Part shown: positions 40,921 through 49,753 of the stretch, piece after piece
Numbering within the stretch: the first letter of the stretch is position 1
How the letters are laid out: every line of letters begins with the position of its first letter
Source: Bacteriovoracaceae bacterium
Lineage (GTDB): Bacteria > Bdellovibrionota > Bacteriovoracia > Bacteriovoracales > Bacteriovoracaceae
Assembly: GCA_965217035.1 (NCBI GenBank)
Contig: OZ244226.1
Coordinates: forward strand, 2,276,146-2,340,145
DNA length: 64,000 nucleotides
Reading direction: 5' to 3'
Translations under genes and position numbers: made by a program
The notes under the pieces: model-generated
What the model was told of the DNA's origin: nothing
Seen by the model: the letters and a program-made list of their open reading frames with translations, nothing else
The model's database searches: none

Positions 40921-42168
40921 ATGAAGTATTTATTTTTCCTAATCTCTCTTATTGTATTTAGTTCTCATTGCTTTGCTACCGCAGGAGCAAGGGGAGGAGG
41001 CACAGGAATAAGTTGTCCTGGAAAAAGAGTTATGACTCTGGAGGAGTATCTATTAGAAGAAAAAAACAAAAAAATAGATCTACCTCCCTCTTATTATATT
41101 GGAGGAGCTCTTCAAAGGTATCAGATAGAAAAAAGAGTTGGGAGAGTTTTGGGGAAAGAAACAGGTTTGTTTAAAGAATGGAAAAAGATATGGAGAAAAA
41201 ACGGGGATTATGATTATTGGGATAATTACTCTTTAAAAGACGAAATCGATTTCTTGATATCAAATAAAAAAAATATCAAGTTTATGTCTCGATATGGTTT
41301 TGAAATTAATAAACTTAAAATTAAAGAGTTTTTAGAATTTGATGATAATGTATCAATACCATCTGAATGCAAAAAAGAACAACTTTCTGTTATTAGATCT
41401 GATAAACCTTATAAAACATCTGATTTCAAATTATCGAGTACAACGAAAAGAACCTTGGAGCTACATGAATCTTTCTTTTTGCTTGGAATGTCCCGTTATA
41501 GACATTTTTTTCCTGTAAAAACTAGAAATCTCGTTATGGATATTATTTCAAATAGTGATGCACGTGAAAGTCTTGAGAAATTCTCTAGAAATTTTAATCG
41601 AGTTTTTCAAAGCTATAGTGATATTTATTTTCTAGCAGCTCCCTCTTTTCCTCTTTCTAGGCATAAAGAGGAAATTGCATGCCCGGCTATGCTTTCTTAT
41701 TTAATGGAGGACAATGAAAATATTTATGAAACAATGGTTTTAAATAAAATAAATGAAAAAGAAATGTTAGAGCAAATTGTTCTTGGTTATTATGTGCCGT
41801 ATGGATCTCGATATCAGAATTTGAAATTAACTATGGGCACAGGAATTTTAAGAAAAAGAATATCGTTAACTGAAGAAATTGGAAGATCAAAGAATTTACA
41901 TTTTTCGAGACTAGAAGGTCGTTTTAAATTAGATTATAGTTTTACATTGAGGCGAGGTACTGGAGGAGTTATTGATGACAACAGGTTCGATACTGATAGG
42001 TTAAGATTAGTGCTTGAAATTACTTCTCTTGATAAAGGATATTATTCCAAATGTTTTTATAATAAAAATCGAGCTAATAAATTTTATTATGATGAGGTCC
42101 CTGGCTATTATTTCAAATATACCAAAGCTATTAATCAATTTCTTATTTTTATAAGTAGAGGTTTATAA
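40921..42168 (+). CDS. Secreted hypothetical protein with an N-terminal Gly-rich GxxGGG..xC motif
   Basis: Signal peptide ending CFA, AGARGGGTGISC, LELHES; AT-rich. Confidence 0.7.
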   Translation: MKYLFFLISLIVFSSHCFATAGARGGGTGISCPGKRVMTLEEYLLEEKNKKIDLPPSYYIGGALQRYQIEKRVGRVLGKETGLFKEWKKIWRKNGDYDYWDNYSLKDEIDFLISNKKNIKFMSRYGFEINKLKIKEFLEFDDNVSIPSECKKEQLSVIRSDKPYKTSDFKLSSTTKRTLELHESFFLLGMSRYRHFFPVKTRNLVMDIISNSDARESLEKFSRNFNRVFQSYSDIYFLAAPSFPLSRHKEEIACPAMLSYLMEDNENIYETMVLNKINEKEMLEQIVLGYYVPYGSRYQNLKLTMGTGILRKRISLTEEIGRSKNLHFSRLEGRFKLDYSFTLRRGTGGVIDDNRFDTDRLRLVLEITSLDKGYYSKCFYNKNRANKFYYDEVPGYYFKYTKAINQFLIFISRGL

Positions 42169-42181
42169 ATAGCGAGAAAGG

Positions 42182-42976
42182 CTAAGAGAGATGGTTGAGG
42201 TGGAGGCATATTGTGAGAATATCTTTTCTTTCTTCCTCTGAATGTAATTGGGATATTTCATCGAGGTATTGATTCGTAATTTCTTTCAATTTTTGAAATT
42301 GATTAGGATTGATATAAGTAAATTCAGATACAGAGAATCTTTTTTCAGTATTGTGATTCTCTATAAGGTCTATATTCTTTTTTAAGAAGTTTTGATGAAT
42401 GTCTTTTAATGTGTCCTCATCCTTTTCAGATTTAAAAATAATATTTCTTTCAGTTCTACGTAGCTCATTCTCTTTTATTTCAATTAGAGATAATTTCTCA
42501 AGCTCGTTTAAAATGAGTTTAATTTCAGAATCAATTAATTCTAAAAAATTCTTTGATTTCTCTATTAAAAGCTTTTTATTTGAAAAGGACTCGATTGCAA
42601 CCATTATAAATAGATGTTTCCAGCTTAGGCCCTGATAAGAAGAAATATCGACCTTTTTTAAAGTCTCTTCTGCTTTCATTTTTCGAAGTCTTTTTTCTAG
42701 ATAAATCTTTTGTTTAGGATCTGGGCAATCATTGAATTCAATTAAAGCTATAAAGAAAATTTCTTCATTATGCTTAAATTGAAATTCTCGAGAAAGAAGT
42801 AAAGCATTTTTCTTAGAAAGTTTCTTTTTTCTTAATATAATCATACTAATATAACTAGGGGATAGGCTGACTTTCTTGGCAAAAGATCTCAGACTTAGAC
42901 TAGGATTTCTTTTTTTTGAAGCTTCGATATAGTCATTTATATAGCAACGATAATCAAAATAATTAAAAATATTCAT
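42182..42976 (-). CDS. TIGR02147-family (HTH + DUF4423) putative regulator
   Basis: IFNYFDYR.YI.D......NPSLSLRSFAKK.....SY.S.I...KK.LS; C-terminal HQ..L......E.R. Confidence 0.8.
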   Translation of the reverse strand: MNIFNYFDYRCYINDYIEASKKRNPSLSLRSFAKKVSLSPSYISMIILRKKKLSKKNALLLSREFQFKHNEEIFFIALIEFNDCPDPKQKIYLEKRLRKMKAEETLKKVDISSYQGLSWKHLFIMVAIESFSNKKLLIEKSKNFLELIDSEIKLILNELEKLSLIEIKENELRRTERNIIFKSEKDEDTLKDIHQNFLKKNIDLIENHNTEKRFSVSEFTYINPNQFQKLKEITNQYLDEISQLHSEEERKDILTICLHLNHLS

Positions 42977-43094
42977 AAGTTTTATAGCTCACTTTCCTTC
43001 TTTAAAGAATAATAAAAAAGAAACTTGTTTGAAATATATTCAGTTGAAGCTTTAAGGATGTTTGCAAGAAAAACTTAAAAAAATAGAAAATTAC

Positions 43095-43114
43095 TGTGCA
43101 CAAGTCTGTAAACA
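43095..43114 (+). promoter_or_regulatory. Tandem TGTGCACA-N4-TGTAAACA box (candidate operator)
   Basis: Matches the 40826-40845 box; both are followed 6-7 nt later by TATTCTG. Confidence 0.55.
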
Positions 43115-43237
43115 GTTGAATATTCTGTAAAAATGATCTGAATTAATAGAGTACCTTGAGAGAAAAATAACCTCTTGTTAATTAACAATAAAGTATAACT
43201 ATTGATTTATTGGCATCAATGTCAAAGGAGATTTCCA

Positions 43238-43597
43238 GTGAAAACTTTATTAATTGTATTTTTTGTGACTTTAAATTTTCAGGTTAAGGCTGAGGGAAAA
43301 AAAATGAAGTGTAAAAACTTAGAAGGAAACTTTCAATTCTCTCTAGAGGTTAAAGAAGATACCGCTTTCTTTTCTGCTCCAGAAGTGGACCTAATAGGAA
43401 TGCCTTTTTTCTTAAATAAAGAAATGAGTGACAACTTTACAACAACTTATATTAATGAAGATTTGCTCGAAGGTATTAATATTAATAATTCTACTATCTC
43501 TGCAGGCATGTGTAGAGAAGATGAGCTAGAAGGAGCTTTTTATTATTTAGATAGTAACTTAAAAGTAAGTAATTCTGATCCGATTTGTTGCAAGTAA
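43238..43597 (+). CDS. Small secreted 4-Cys protein (paralog of 40317-40718)
   Basis: RBS AAGGAG then GTG 43238; signal peptide; ends ICCK. Confidence 0.75.
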   Translation: MKTLLIVFFVTLNFQVKAEGKKMKCKNLEGNFQFSLEVKEDTAFFSAPEVDLIGMPFFLNKEMSDNFTTTYINEDLLEGININNSTISAGMCREDELEGAFYYLDSNLKVSNSDPICCK

Positions 43598-43605
43598 ACG
43601 TTTTG

Positions 43606-43656
43606 TATCCTAACAGGTTTTAAAAGAATTTAATTGTTTTAAAACCTGTTAGGATA
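43606..43656. terminator. 20-bp perfect inverted repeat between convergent genes (bidirectional terminator)
   Basis: TATCCTAACAGGTTTTAAAA ... TTTTAAAACCTGTTAGGATA. Confidence 0.75.
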
Positions 43657-43663
43657 GTTTCTC

Positions 43664-44290
43664 TCATTTCTTCGTCTTCTTTTTCTTTGGACATTTATTA
43701 TAGAAATATTCCTGTTTTGAAAGTTTACTTAGAATTTTCTTTATTAAATCATCTCGCCAAATAATTTTTTTAAAATGCAGATGGCCTTGAAGATCAAGAA
43801 TATTTTGTTCAAGGCGTTTTAGCTCAGGAATGTATTTATTTAAGCATTTTACGTCCCCCGCATGTTTCTTGACATGAATCATGAAGCGATTAAAAATTTC
43901 AGGAAGATTTCTTATAAACCCCATGGCAAGACTTTTGTTGAGCTCTCTTGATTTTACTTCAGGTAGATACTTGAAAGATTTTTCAAAATGTGTGAGGAGA
44001 ATTTCGAGAATTTTAAAAGAATTACCTTTTCTATTAGAACAAGCTCGAAGATAGTATTCATCTTTTAAAGTAACTCCATCCATTTCAACAAAATAAGTCT
44101 GTAGAGTTTGATTGAGATAGTAGTTATAATTTTCTTCCTTTGTCCTATGAAGATTAAGTTCTTCCCGTCCCAGGCATCGAGTTAGTCGATAGCGATCCGA
44201 TTGCACACCAGAATGGGCGCTTAAACTGATCAAAATTCCTGATAAAATTAATAGGAGGCTCCAAAAAGGGCTCCTCATTTTCCAACTCAT
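43664..44290 (-). CDS. Secreted hypothetical protein
   Basis: Signal peptide, 4 Cys, basic helical body. Confidence 0.7.
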   Translation of the reverse strand: MSWKMRSPFWSLLLILSGILISLSAHSGVQSDRYRLTRCLGREELNLHRTKEENYNYYLNQTLQTYFVEMDGVTLKDEYYLRACSNRKGNSFKILEILLTHFEKSFKYLPEVKSRELNKSLAMGFIRNLPEIFNRFMIHVKKHAGDVKCLNKYIPELKRLEQNILDLQGHLHFKKIIWRDDLIKKILSKLSKQEYFYNKCPKKKKTKK

Positions 44291-44329
44291 ATTCCTATAT
44301 TATAATAGAATTTAAATAAGGATAAAGTC

Positions 44330-45076
44330 TTGAAGGAAATGACATTCGTTGAACATTTAACGGAGTTAAGAGATCGCTTAAAGTGGGTCTTTGCTTATGT
44401 CATTATTGCTTTTTTTGCGAGTTACCACTTTGGTGATGAGATCGCTTCTATTCTATTAAGGCCCTTGAGAGAAACTCTCGGAGATGATGGTAAGATTGTC
44501 GTACTCAATATTCTCGATAATCTCCTTGCTAAGTTCCAACTATCTCTATGGTCAGCGCTCTTAATAGCCTCACCACTATGGTTTTGGGAGTTTTGGAAAT
44601 TTATTAAACCCGGTCTTTATGAAAAAGAAATCAAGATTGTAAGACCTTTCATTATTATTGGTTTCACATTTTTTGTTCTTGGTGTTTGTTTTGGTTATTT
44701 TCTCGTTTTCCCTTTTACTTTTGAAGTTCTCATGCAATTTGGAATTTCTGATTTACAAGCAACAATAAGTTATAAAGATTACTTGATCTTATCAGTAAAG
44801 GTCTTAATCTTTTTAGGTTTAATGTTCCAACTTCCAAACTTGATGCTTATTCTTGGTTTTATGGGGATAGTAACAAAGCCGTTACTCTCTCGAATCAGAC
44901 CTTACGTTATTGTATGCTTTGCAGTTCTTTCGGCTGTTCTAACTCCACCAGATCCTTTTACGCTCATGTGTATGCTTATTCCACTGACCTTATTATTTGA
45001 AATAGGAAACTTCTTGATTGGTCTTATTGTCCATCCTTATCAAAAGAAGCAACATATTCCTTCCGAAGAAACCTAG
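44330..45076 (+). CDS. tatC: Twin-arginine translocase subunit TatC
   Basis: MTFVEHLTELR.RL, W.FI.PGLY..E, FQLP, TPPDPF. Confidence 0.95.
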   Translation: MKEMTFVEHLTELRDRLKWVFAYVIIAFFASYHFGDEIASILLRPLRETLGDDGKIVVLNILDNLLAKFQLSLWSALLIASPLWFWEFWKFIKPGLYEKEIKIVRPFIIIGFTFFVLGVCFGYFLVFPFTFEVLMQFGISDLQATISYKDYLILSVKVLIFLGLMFQLPNLMLILGFMGIVTKPLLSRIRPYVIVCFAVLSAVLTPPDPFTLMCMLIPLTLLFEIGNFLIGLIVHPYQKKQHIPSEET

Positions 45077-45150
45077 TTATTACTTTTTCTAACTTTCTTT
45101 GCAAAAAGTAATCCTTTGTTATTTGATTAAAGAAACAAAGGAGGACATGG

Positions 45151-45909
45151 ATGTTCTTTAGAATAGGTTTATTGCTTTGGAGTTCTTTCGTATTTTCTCA
45201 CAGCTATGAACTCATCGATTTTTTAGTAAGCCAAAGAAGTCCTGTTCCTCGATCCCATCTTGAAATACAAATAGAATCTCAAGGTCGCGTTGATTTTCAA
45301 CGCCTTTCTTGTAATGAGTGGAAAGGACTGTTTACAAACTACTTGCTTCCAAAGAAAAAAGATAATTTACATATTTTAGGAAAGGGTAAGCGGACAAATA
45401 AAGTTCTTAAGTATCTAACGAAAAAATCAAAATATGCAAGAAAGTTAATTACGAGACTTAAGGAATCTCCTCACAGAGTTTATATAAAAGAATCCTCTGG
45501 CAATAACTTCTTGAATTTAAGAGTTTTTGATCAATACGAACATAATAATGCCTATGCTGTCACAATTCTTGATAAATATTCACTCAATATCGAAGATGAA
45601 CGTATTCCGCTTAATAAGTTAGGTGGGGAGAGCATAATCACTTGGAATCCTTCAAAAATACAAGGGATAAAGCTTCAAGCAATTACGATTGCACATGAAA
45701 TGTATCATGCTTATGATGCTACTCGAGGCATGCTCGACTACCGTCTAGTGAAGGGACTGGGTTTAGAATCAACCTCAGTTACAGAGTATCGAGGAGTTTA
45801 TTTTGAGAATTTAGTTAGAAAAGAACTGGGTCTTAAAATGAGACGAAAGTATTCAGAAGGGAGTAGAGGATCGCTTAAAAATCTTTGGATTGATCGACCT
45901 TGTTTATAG
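45151..45909 (+). CDS. Secreted zinc metallopeptidase, M91/NleD-like
   Basis: Signal peptide; I.WNP, AHEMYHAYD..RG, E.....EN..RKELGL..R..Y. Confidence 0.7.
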   Translation: MFFRIGLLLWSSFVFSHSYELIDFLVSQRSPVPRSHLEIQIESQGRVDFQRLSCNEWKGLFTNYLLPKKKDNLHILGKGKRTNKVLKYLTKKSKYARKLITRLKESPHRVYIKESSGNNFLNLRVFDQYEHNNAYAVTILDKYSLNIEDERIPLNKLGGESIITWNPSKIQGIKLQAITIAHEMYHAYDATRGMLDYRLVKGLGLESTSVTEYRGVYFENLVRKELGLKMRRKYSEGSRGSLKNLWIDRPCL

Positions 45910-46749
45910 AATCGCAATAAGTTCTCTGAGCACCTTAGCTGCGAAACAGTTTGAATTACCAGTCGAATCGATAGGAGGAGAGAGTTCAACCACATCAGCT
46001 CCGATAATATTTTTATTTTCGAATAGCTTTAAGAGTTTAATCCAATCCTTGAAAGAATGTCCTCCGGCTTCAGGAGTTCCTGTTCCTGGAAGTTCAGAAG
46101 GGTCAAAGAAATCTAGATCAAGTGTTATATAAAGAGGCGCTTCAGTATTTTGAACAAAGTCATAAAGAGTTTTAAAATCTGGCATCAAAGTTCCACGACT
46201 TTCCATAAAGTCATATTCGTTTCTAGTTCCTGAACGAATTCCGTATTGAATAATTTTTTGTTTGTCATTCATTGCTTCAGAGATTCTTCTCATTACTGAA
46301 GCATGAGAGTGTGGATCATCAAGATATTGCTCTCTAAGATCAGCATGAGCATCAAACTGAATCACAACAAGATCATCATAAGTTTTTAAATAATGAGAGA
46401 CAGGGATTTGAGTAAGAGAATGTTCACCTCCTAGTGTAATGATCTTTGATTGTCTAAGATCCGCCTCTGAAACGAGCTTTGCAAAACATTCTTGAATTCG
46501 ATCAAAACGACTTGTGAATTGAGGGAGATTTCCTAGATCAAAAATTTTTTTCTCTTCGATATCTTTACGAAAATAAGGAGAAAATGTTTCTTGTCCATAA
46601 CTTGCTTCTCTGAGGGCATCCGGTCCAAATCGAGTACCTGGACGGAAGGAAGTTGTTCCATCATAACAGATACCAAGGATATTAACTCCTGATTGAATCT
46701 TTTGAGAGATTTTGGATCCTAAAAAAGGTTTAACTCTTTCTAATTCCAT
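45904..46749 (-). CDS. speB: Agmatinase
   Basis: RPGTRFGP, GGEHS, DAHAD, DLDFFDP, PGTGTPEAGG; adjacent to speE. Confidence 0.93.
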   Translation of the reverse strand: MELERVKPFLGSKISQKIQSGVNILGICYDGTTSFRPGTRFGPDALREASYGQETFSPYFRKDIEEKKIFDLGNLPQFTSRFDRIQECFAKLVSEADLRQSKIITLGGEHSLTQIPVSHYLKTYDDLVVIQFDAHADLREQYLDDPHSHASVMRRISEAMNDKQKIIQYGIRSGTRNEYDFMESRGTLMPDFKTLYDFVQNTEAPLYITLDLDFFDPSELPGTGTPEAGGHSFKDWIKLLKLFENKNIIGADVVELSPPIDSTGNSNCFAAKVLRELIAIL

Positions 46750-46750
46750 T

Positions 46751-47605
46751 CTATTCTCCGATCAAATTTCTATGAAGGTTACCCAAAGCAAAAGCTCCTC
46801 GATGCCAATCAATATTATACCATTTTAAAGTTTCTTGAAGTTTCTCCATCTTTGGAATTTTCGCTTGAATAAGTTCAAGTGGTTGATATTTCTTTGAGCT
46901 GAATCCAAAGGTCCAATAGACTCCTGGATAGATCAGCATTGGCGCATGGTAAGAACGAACGATTGGAAAAGCCTCTCTCATATTGTCATAAATCTTTTTA
47001 ATTCCGTATTCATCATAAAAAGGATTTTCTGTTTGATTGATCATAATCCCATCATCTTTTAAAGCATTATTAACAGCTGAGTAAAAATCAGAAGTGAAAA
47101 GGCCCTCTGCAAAATCCTCGGGGTCAGTCGAGTCAATAACAATAATGTCGTATTTATTCGATTTTGATTTTATAAATTCAATACCGTCAGTGGATTGAAT
47201 ATTGACTCGAGAATCATTAAGTCCTTGTGTGCATTCTGGAAAAAACTTCTTAGAAACTTCAATGACTCTTTCGTCAATTTCAACGAGGTCGATGTTTTCG
47301 ATATCTTCGTGTTTCGTAAATTCTCGAACAACACCTCCGTCTCCTCCTCCGATAACAAGAACATTTTTAACATTAGGATGAACCATGTAAGGAATATGGG
47401 CCGTCACTTCGTGATAAACAAACTCATCGATATCAGCAACCATTGTTTTATCATCTAGAAGCAAAAGCTTCCCAACAGGTTCAGTATCTAGAACCTTGAT
47501 ATTTTGGAATTGAGACTGTTCTTCGTGAAGCAGAGATTTCACCTTAACTCCGAAGGCAAGACTCCCACGGAAAGATCTCTCGTAAAACCATTCATTCTGT
47601 TCCAT
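46751..47605 (-). CDS. speE: Polyamine aminopropyltransferase (spermidine synthase)
   Basis: DEFVYHE, VIGGGDGG, VEID, IDSTDP. Confidence 0.95.
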   Translation of the reverse strand: MEQNEWFYERSFRGSLAFGVKVKSLLHEEQSQFQNIKVLDTEPVGKLLLLDDKTMVADIDEFVYHEVTAHIPYMVHPNVKNVLVIGGGDGGVVREFTKHEDIENIDLVEIDERVIEVSKKFFPECTQGLNDSRVNIQSTDGIEFIKSKSNKYDIIVIDSTDPEDFAEGLFTSDFYSAVNNALKDDGIMINQTENPFYDEYGIKKIYDNMREAFPIVRSYHAPMLIYPGVYWTFGFSSKKYQPLELIQAKIPKMEKLQETLKWYNIDWHRGAFALGNLHRNLIGE

Positions 47606-47674
47606 TTGACGCTCCTAAGTGACAGATTCTTGCATACCATGTACTTTAGCAGAGTAGCAACACCAGGAGCAAAA

Positions 47675-48679
47675 ATGGTTATTGTAACAGGCGGAGCCGG
47701 TTTCATCGGCAGTGTTTTAATTCATGAACTTAACCTTCGTGGGCAAGAGAACATCATTGTTGTTGATGATTTTGAGGATGGAGACAAATGGTTCAATCTT
47801 CGGGGTTTGAAATACAGTAAAGTCATCAATATCGGTGAGTTTTACAGTATGGAAAATTGGGGCGAGTTTCGTAATGTTGAAGCGATTTTTCATATGGGAG
47901 CTTGTTCTTCGACGACTGAAAGAGATATGGATTATCTTTATGAGAATAACTTCCTTTGCTCCCGGCAGCTTTGTAATTTTGCTATTGATAATAATATCTC
48001 ATTTCTCTATGCAAGTTCAGCAGCAACCTATGGAGATGGTGAAGATGGCTATGATGATGATCACGAACAACTTGGAAGCCTAAGACCACTCAACAAATAT
48101 GGCTATAGCAAACAACTTTTTGATCAATGGATTTTAAGCCGACAAAATGTTCCAAGCACTTGCCTTGGTTTTAAATTCTTTAATGTTTTTGGGCCTAATG
48201 AATATCATAAAGAGAAAATGGTCTCAGTTGTTTATCAAGCTTTTCATCAGATTAATGAAACGGGTAAGGTTCGGCTCTTTAAATCACATAAAGAGGGTTA
48301 TGCTGATGGAGAGCAGAAACGTGATTTTATCTATGTTAAAGATGTTGTGAAGGCAATGCTTGAACTTGCTGAAATCTCAAAGGGAAAAATCGATTATAAC
48401 GGAATTTATAATCTAGGAACGGGAACAGCAAGAACATTTAAAGACCTTGCAATAGCAACCTTTAAAGCAATGAGTAAAGAACCAGAAATAGAATTCTTTA
48501 ATATGCCTGATAGTATACGAAACCAATATCAGTACTATACTGAAGCTAATATGAAGAAATTTTATGCTGTTCTCCCTGATTTTAAATTTTCTACACTTGA
48601 AGAGGCTGTTGCTGATTATGTTCAATCATATTTGGCTCAGAAAAACCCTTACTTGGATTTGAATAAAAATGAAGTTTAA
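47675..48679 (+). CDS. hldD: ADP-L-glycero-D-manno-heptose 6-epimerase
   Basis: RBS AGGAG; TGGAGFIGS, HMGACSST, YASSAATYG, YGYSK, YQYYTEA. Confidence 0.95.
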   Translation: MVIVTGGAGFIGSVLIHELNLRGQENIIVVDDFEDGDKWFNLRGLKYSKVINIGEFYSMENWGEFRNVEAIFHMGACSSTTERDMDYLYENNFLCSRQLCNFAIDNNISFLYASSAATYGDGEDGYDDDHEQLGSLRPLNKYGYSKQLFDQWILSRQNVPSTCLGFKFFNVFGPNEYHKEKMVSVVYQAFHQINETGKVRLFKSHKEGYADGEQKRDFIYVKDVVKAMLELAEISKGKIDYNGIYNLGTGTARTFKDLAIATFKAMSKEPEIEFFNMPDSIRNQYQYYTEANMKKFYAVLPDFKFSTLEEAVADYVQSYLAQKNPYLDLNKNEV

Positions 48680-49091
48680 TGGATTCGATGAAGCGCTCGC
48701 GCTCCTTCAGAGTTTATCAAGTGGAGAGCAAAAGAAAATTTTAGAAGGAATTAAGGTGCATCAGCCTGATCTCGCAACGAGATTAGAGAACAGCCTCATT
48801 ACACTCGAAGATCTTAGGTTTTTGACTCCTCACCAGCTTGCTGAGTTTATTAGAGATATTGACCTCGCTGAATTGGGCTATGCTCTAAGAAGTGCTTCTG
48901 AGGAATTAAAGGCCCATCTTTTTCAACTCATGACAACCAATCTCCAAAAAGAGGTTGAGGAGACATTGATTGGTGCTCCTGTCGCTCTTTCTAAGGTGGA
49001 TGAATGCCGCAATAGGATTATGGATATAGTGCGATATAAGGTTGATAAAGGTTTGCTAGTCCTAGATTCGAGTTCAGGTAAGCTGGTTTAG
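48669..49091 (+). CDS. Stand-alone FliG C-terminal-domain-like protein
   Basis: PDLA..L...L.T.EDL..L......IRDID..EL.YALR.AS.EL...GP-like V.LS.V.E....I. Confidence 0.7.
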   Translation: MKFNGFDEALALLQSLSSGEQKKILEGIKVHQPDLATRLENSLITLEDLRFLTPHQLAEFIRDIDLAELGYALRSASEELKAHLFQLMTTNLQKEVEETLIGAPVALSKVDECRNRIMDIVRYKVDKGLLVLDSSSGKLV

Positions 49092-49204
49092 TTTAAAGGT
49101 GGTCAGATGGTCTTAGTGGTGGCAAGTTTCAGTAGCCTTATGGCCCCGCGTCATGATGGCCAATAAAAATCATTGATTAAAGCCCGATAATTTCGCTTTA
49201 AAGT

Positions 49205-49220
49205 TGGCACGGTTAATGCA
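49205..49220 (+). promoter_or_regulatory. sigma54 promoter of the dksA-family gene
   Basis: TGGCACG-GTTA-ATGCA (GG-N10-GC). Confidence 0.8.
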
Positions 49221-49230
49221 CTCTTTATAG

Positions 49231-49323
49231 TCAGAGAGAGGGCCACCAGGAAGGAAGGCTAAAGGAATCATAAAGCAAAAGGAATTTGCTTTTTATCTCT
49301 CTCTGAATGTGCTTTCAGGAGGT
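49231..49323 (+). promoter_or_regulatory. Structured 5' leader with multiple GGA motifs (CsrA/RsmA-type)
   Basis: 10-bp stem 49231-40/49297-306; hairpin AAAGCAAA-AGGAA-TTTGCTTT; five AGGA motifs including the RBS. Confidence 0.6.
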
Positions 49324-49327
49324 TTGC

Positions 49328-49753
49328 ATGAGTCCTAGTTTTCTCGAAGAACAGAAGCAGTTTTTTCTCGAGACACTTTATGAATTACAAAAAGTTTTTA
49401 AAACACCTTTTCACGTTGATGACGTTACTTCTGGTGATCAAATGGATTTGTTCGCCCAAGAGCGGGAAAGGATGAAACTTTTAAAGTTTCGAAAAAGGAA
49501 TTGGTATTATCTGCAAAAGATTAAAAAATCGCTAAGAAAGATCGAAGATGGAGAATATGGTTTCTGCGAAGAGTGTGGTGCTAAAATTTCAAAAGAAAGA
49601 TTAAAGGCGAGACCAACGGCAGATTTTTGTATTCATTGCAAGGAAGATCAGGAGAATAGGGAAAATCAAACTTGGAATAAACCAGATAATATTGTTCCCT
49701 TTCCAGGTAAATCAGCTTCGGAAATTAAAGAAAAGTTAGAAATTGTTCATTAG
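49328..49753 (+). CDS. dksA: DksA/TraR-family C4 zinc-finger protein
   Basis: GDQMD coiled-coil tip, YGFCEECG..IS.ERLKARP.A..CI.CK; start moved to ATG 49328 after AGGAGG. Confidence 0.85.
   Translation: MSPSFLEEQKQFFLETLYELQKVFKTPFHVDDVTSGDQMDLFAQERERMKLLKFRKRNWYYLQKIKKSLRKIEDGEYGFCEECGAKISKERLKARPTADFCIHCKEDQENRENQTWNKPDNIVPFPGKSASEIKEKLEIVH

Noticed and set aside
43606..43656. Long inverted repeat as a MITE or CRISPR repeat
   Set aside because: Single copy, no spacers or target duplication, and located between convergent genes; a terminator explains it.
47504..47674. Long N-terminal extension of hldD overlapping speE
   Set aside because: Homology begins at MVIVTGG (47675), which has its own RBS.
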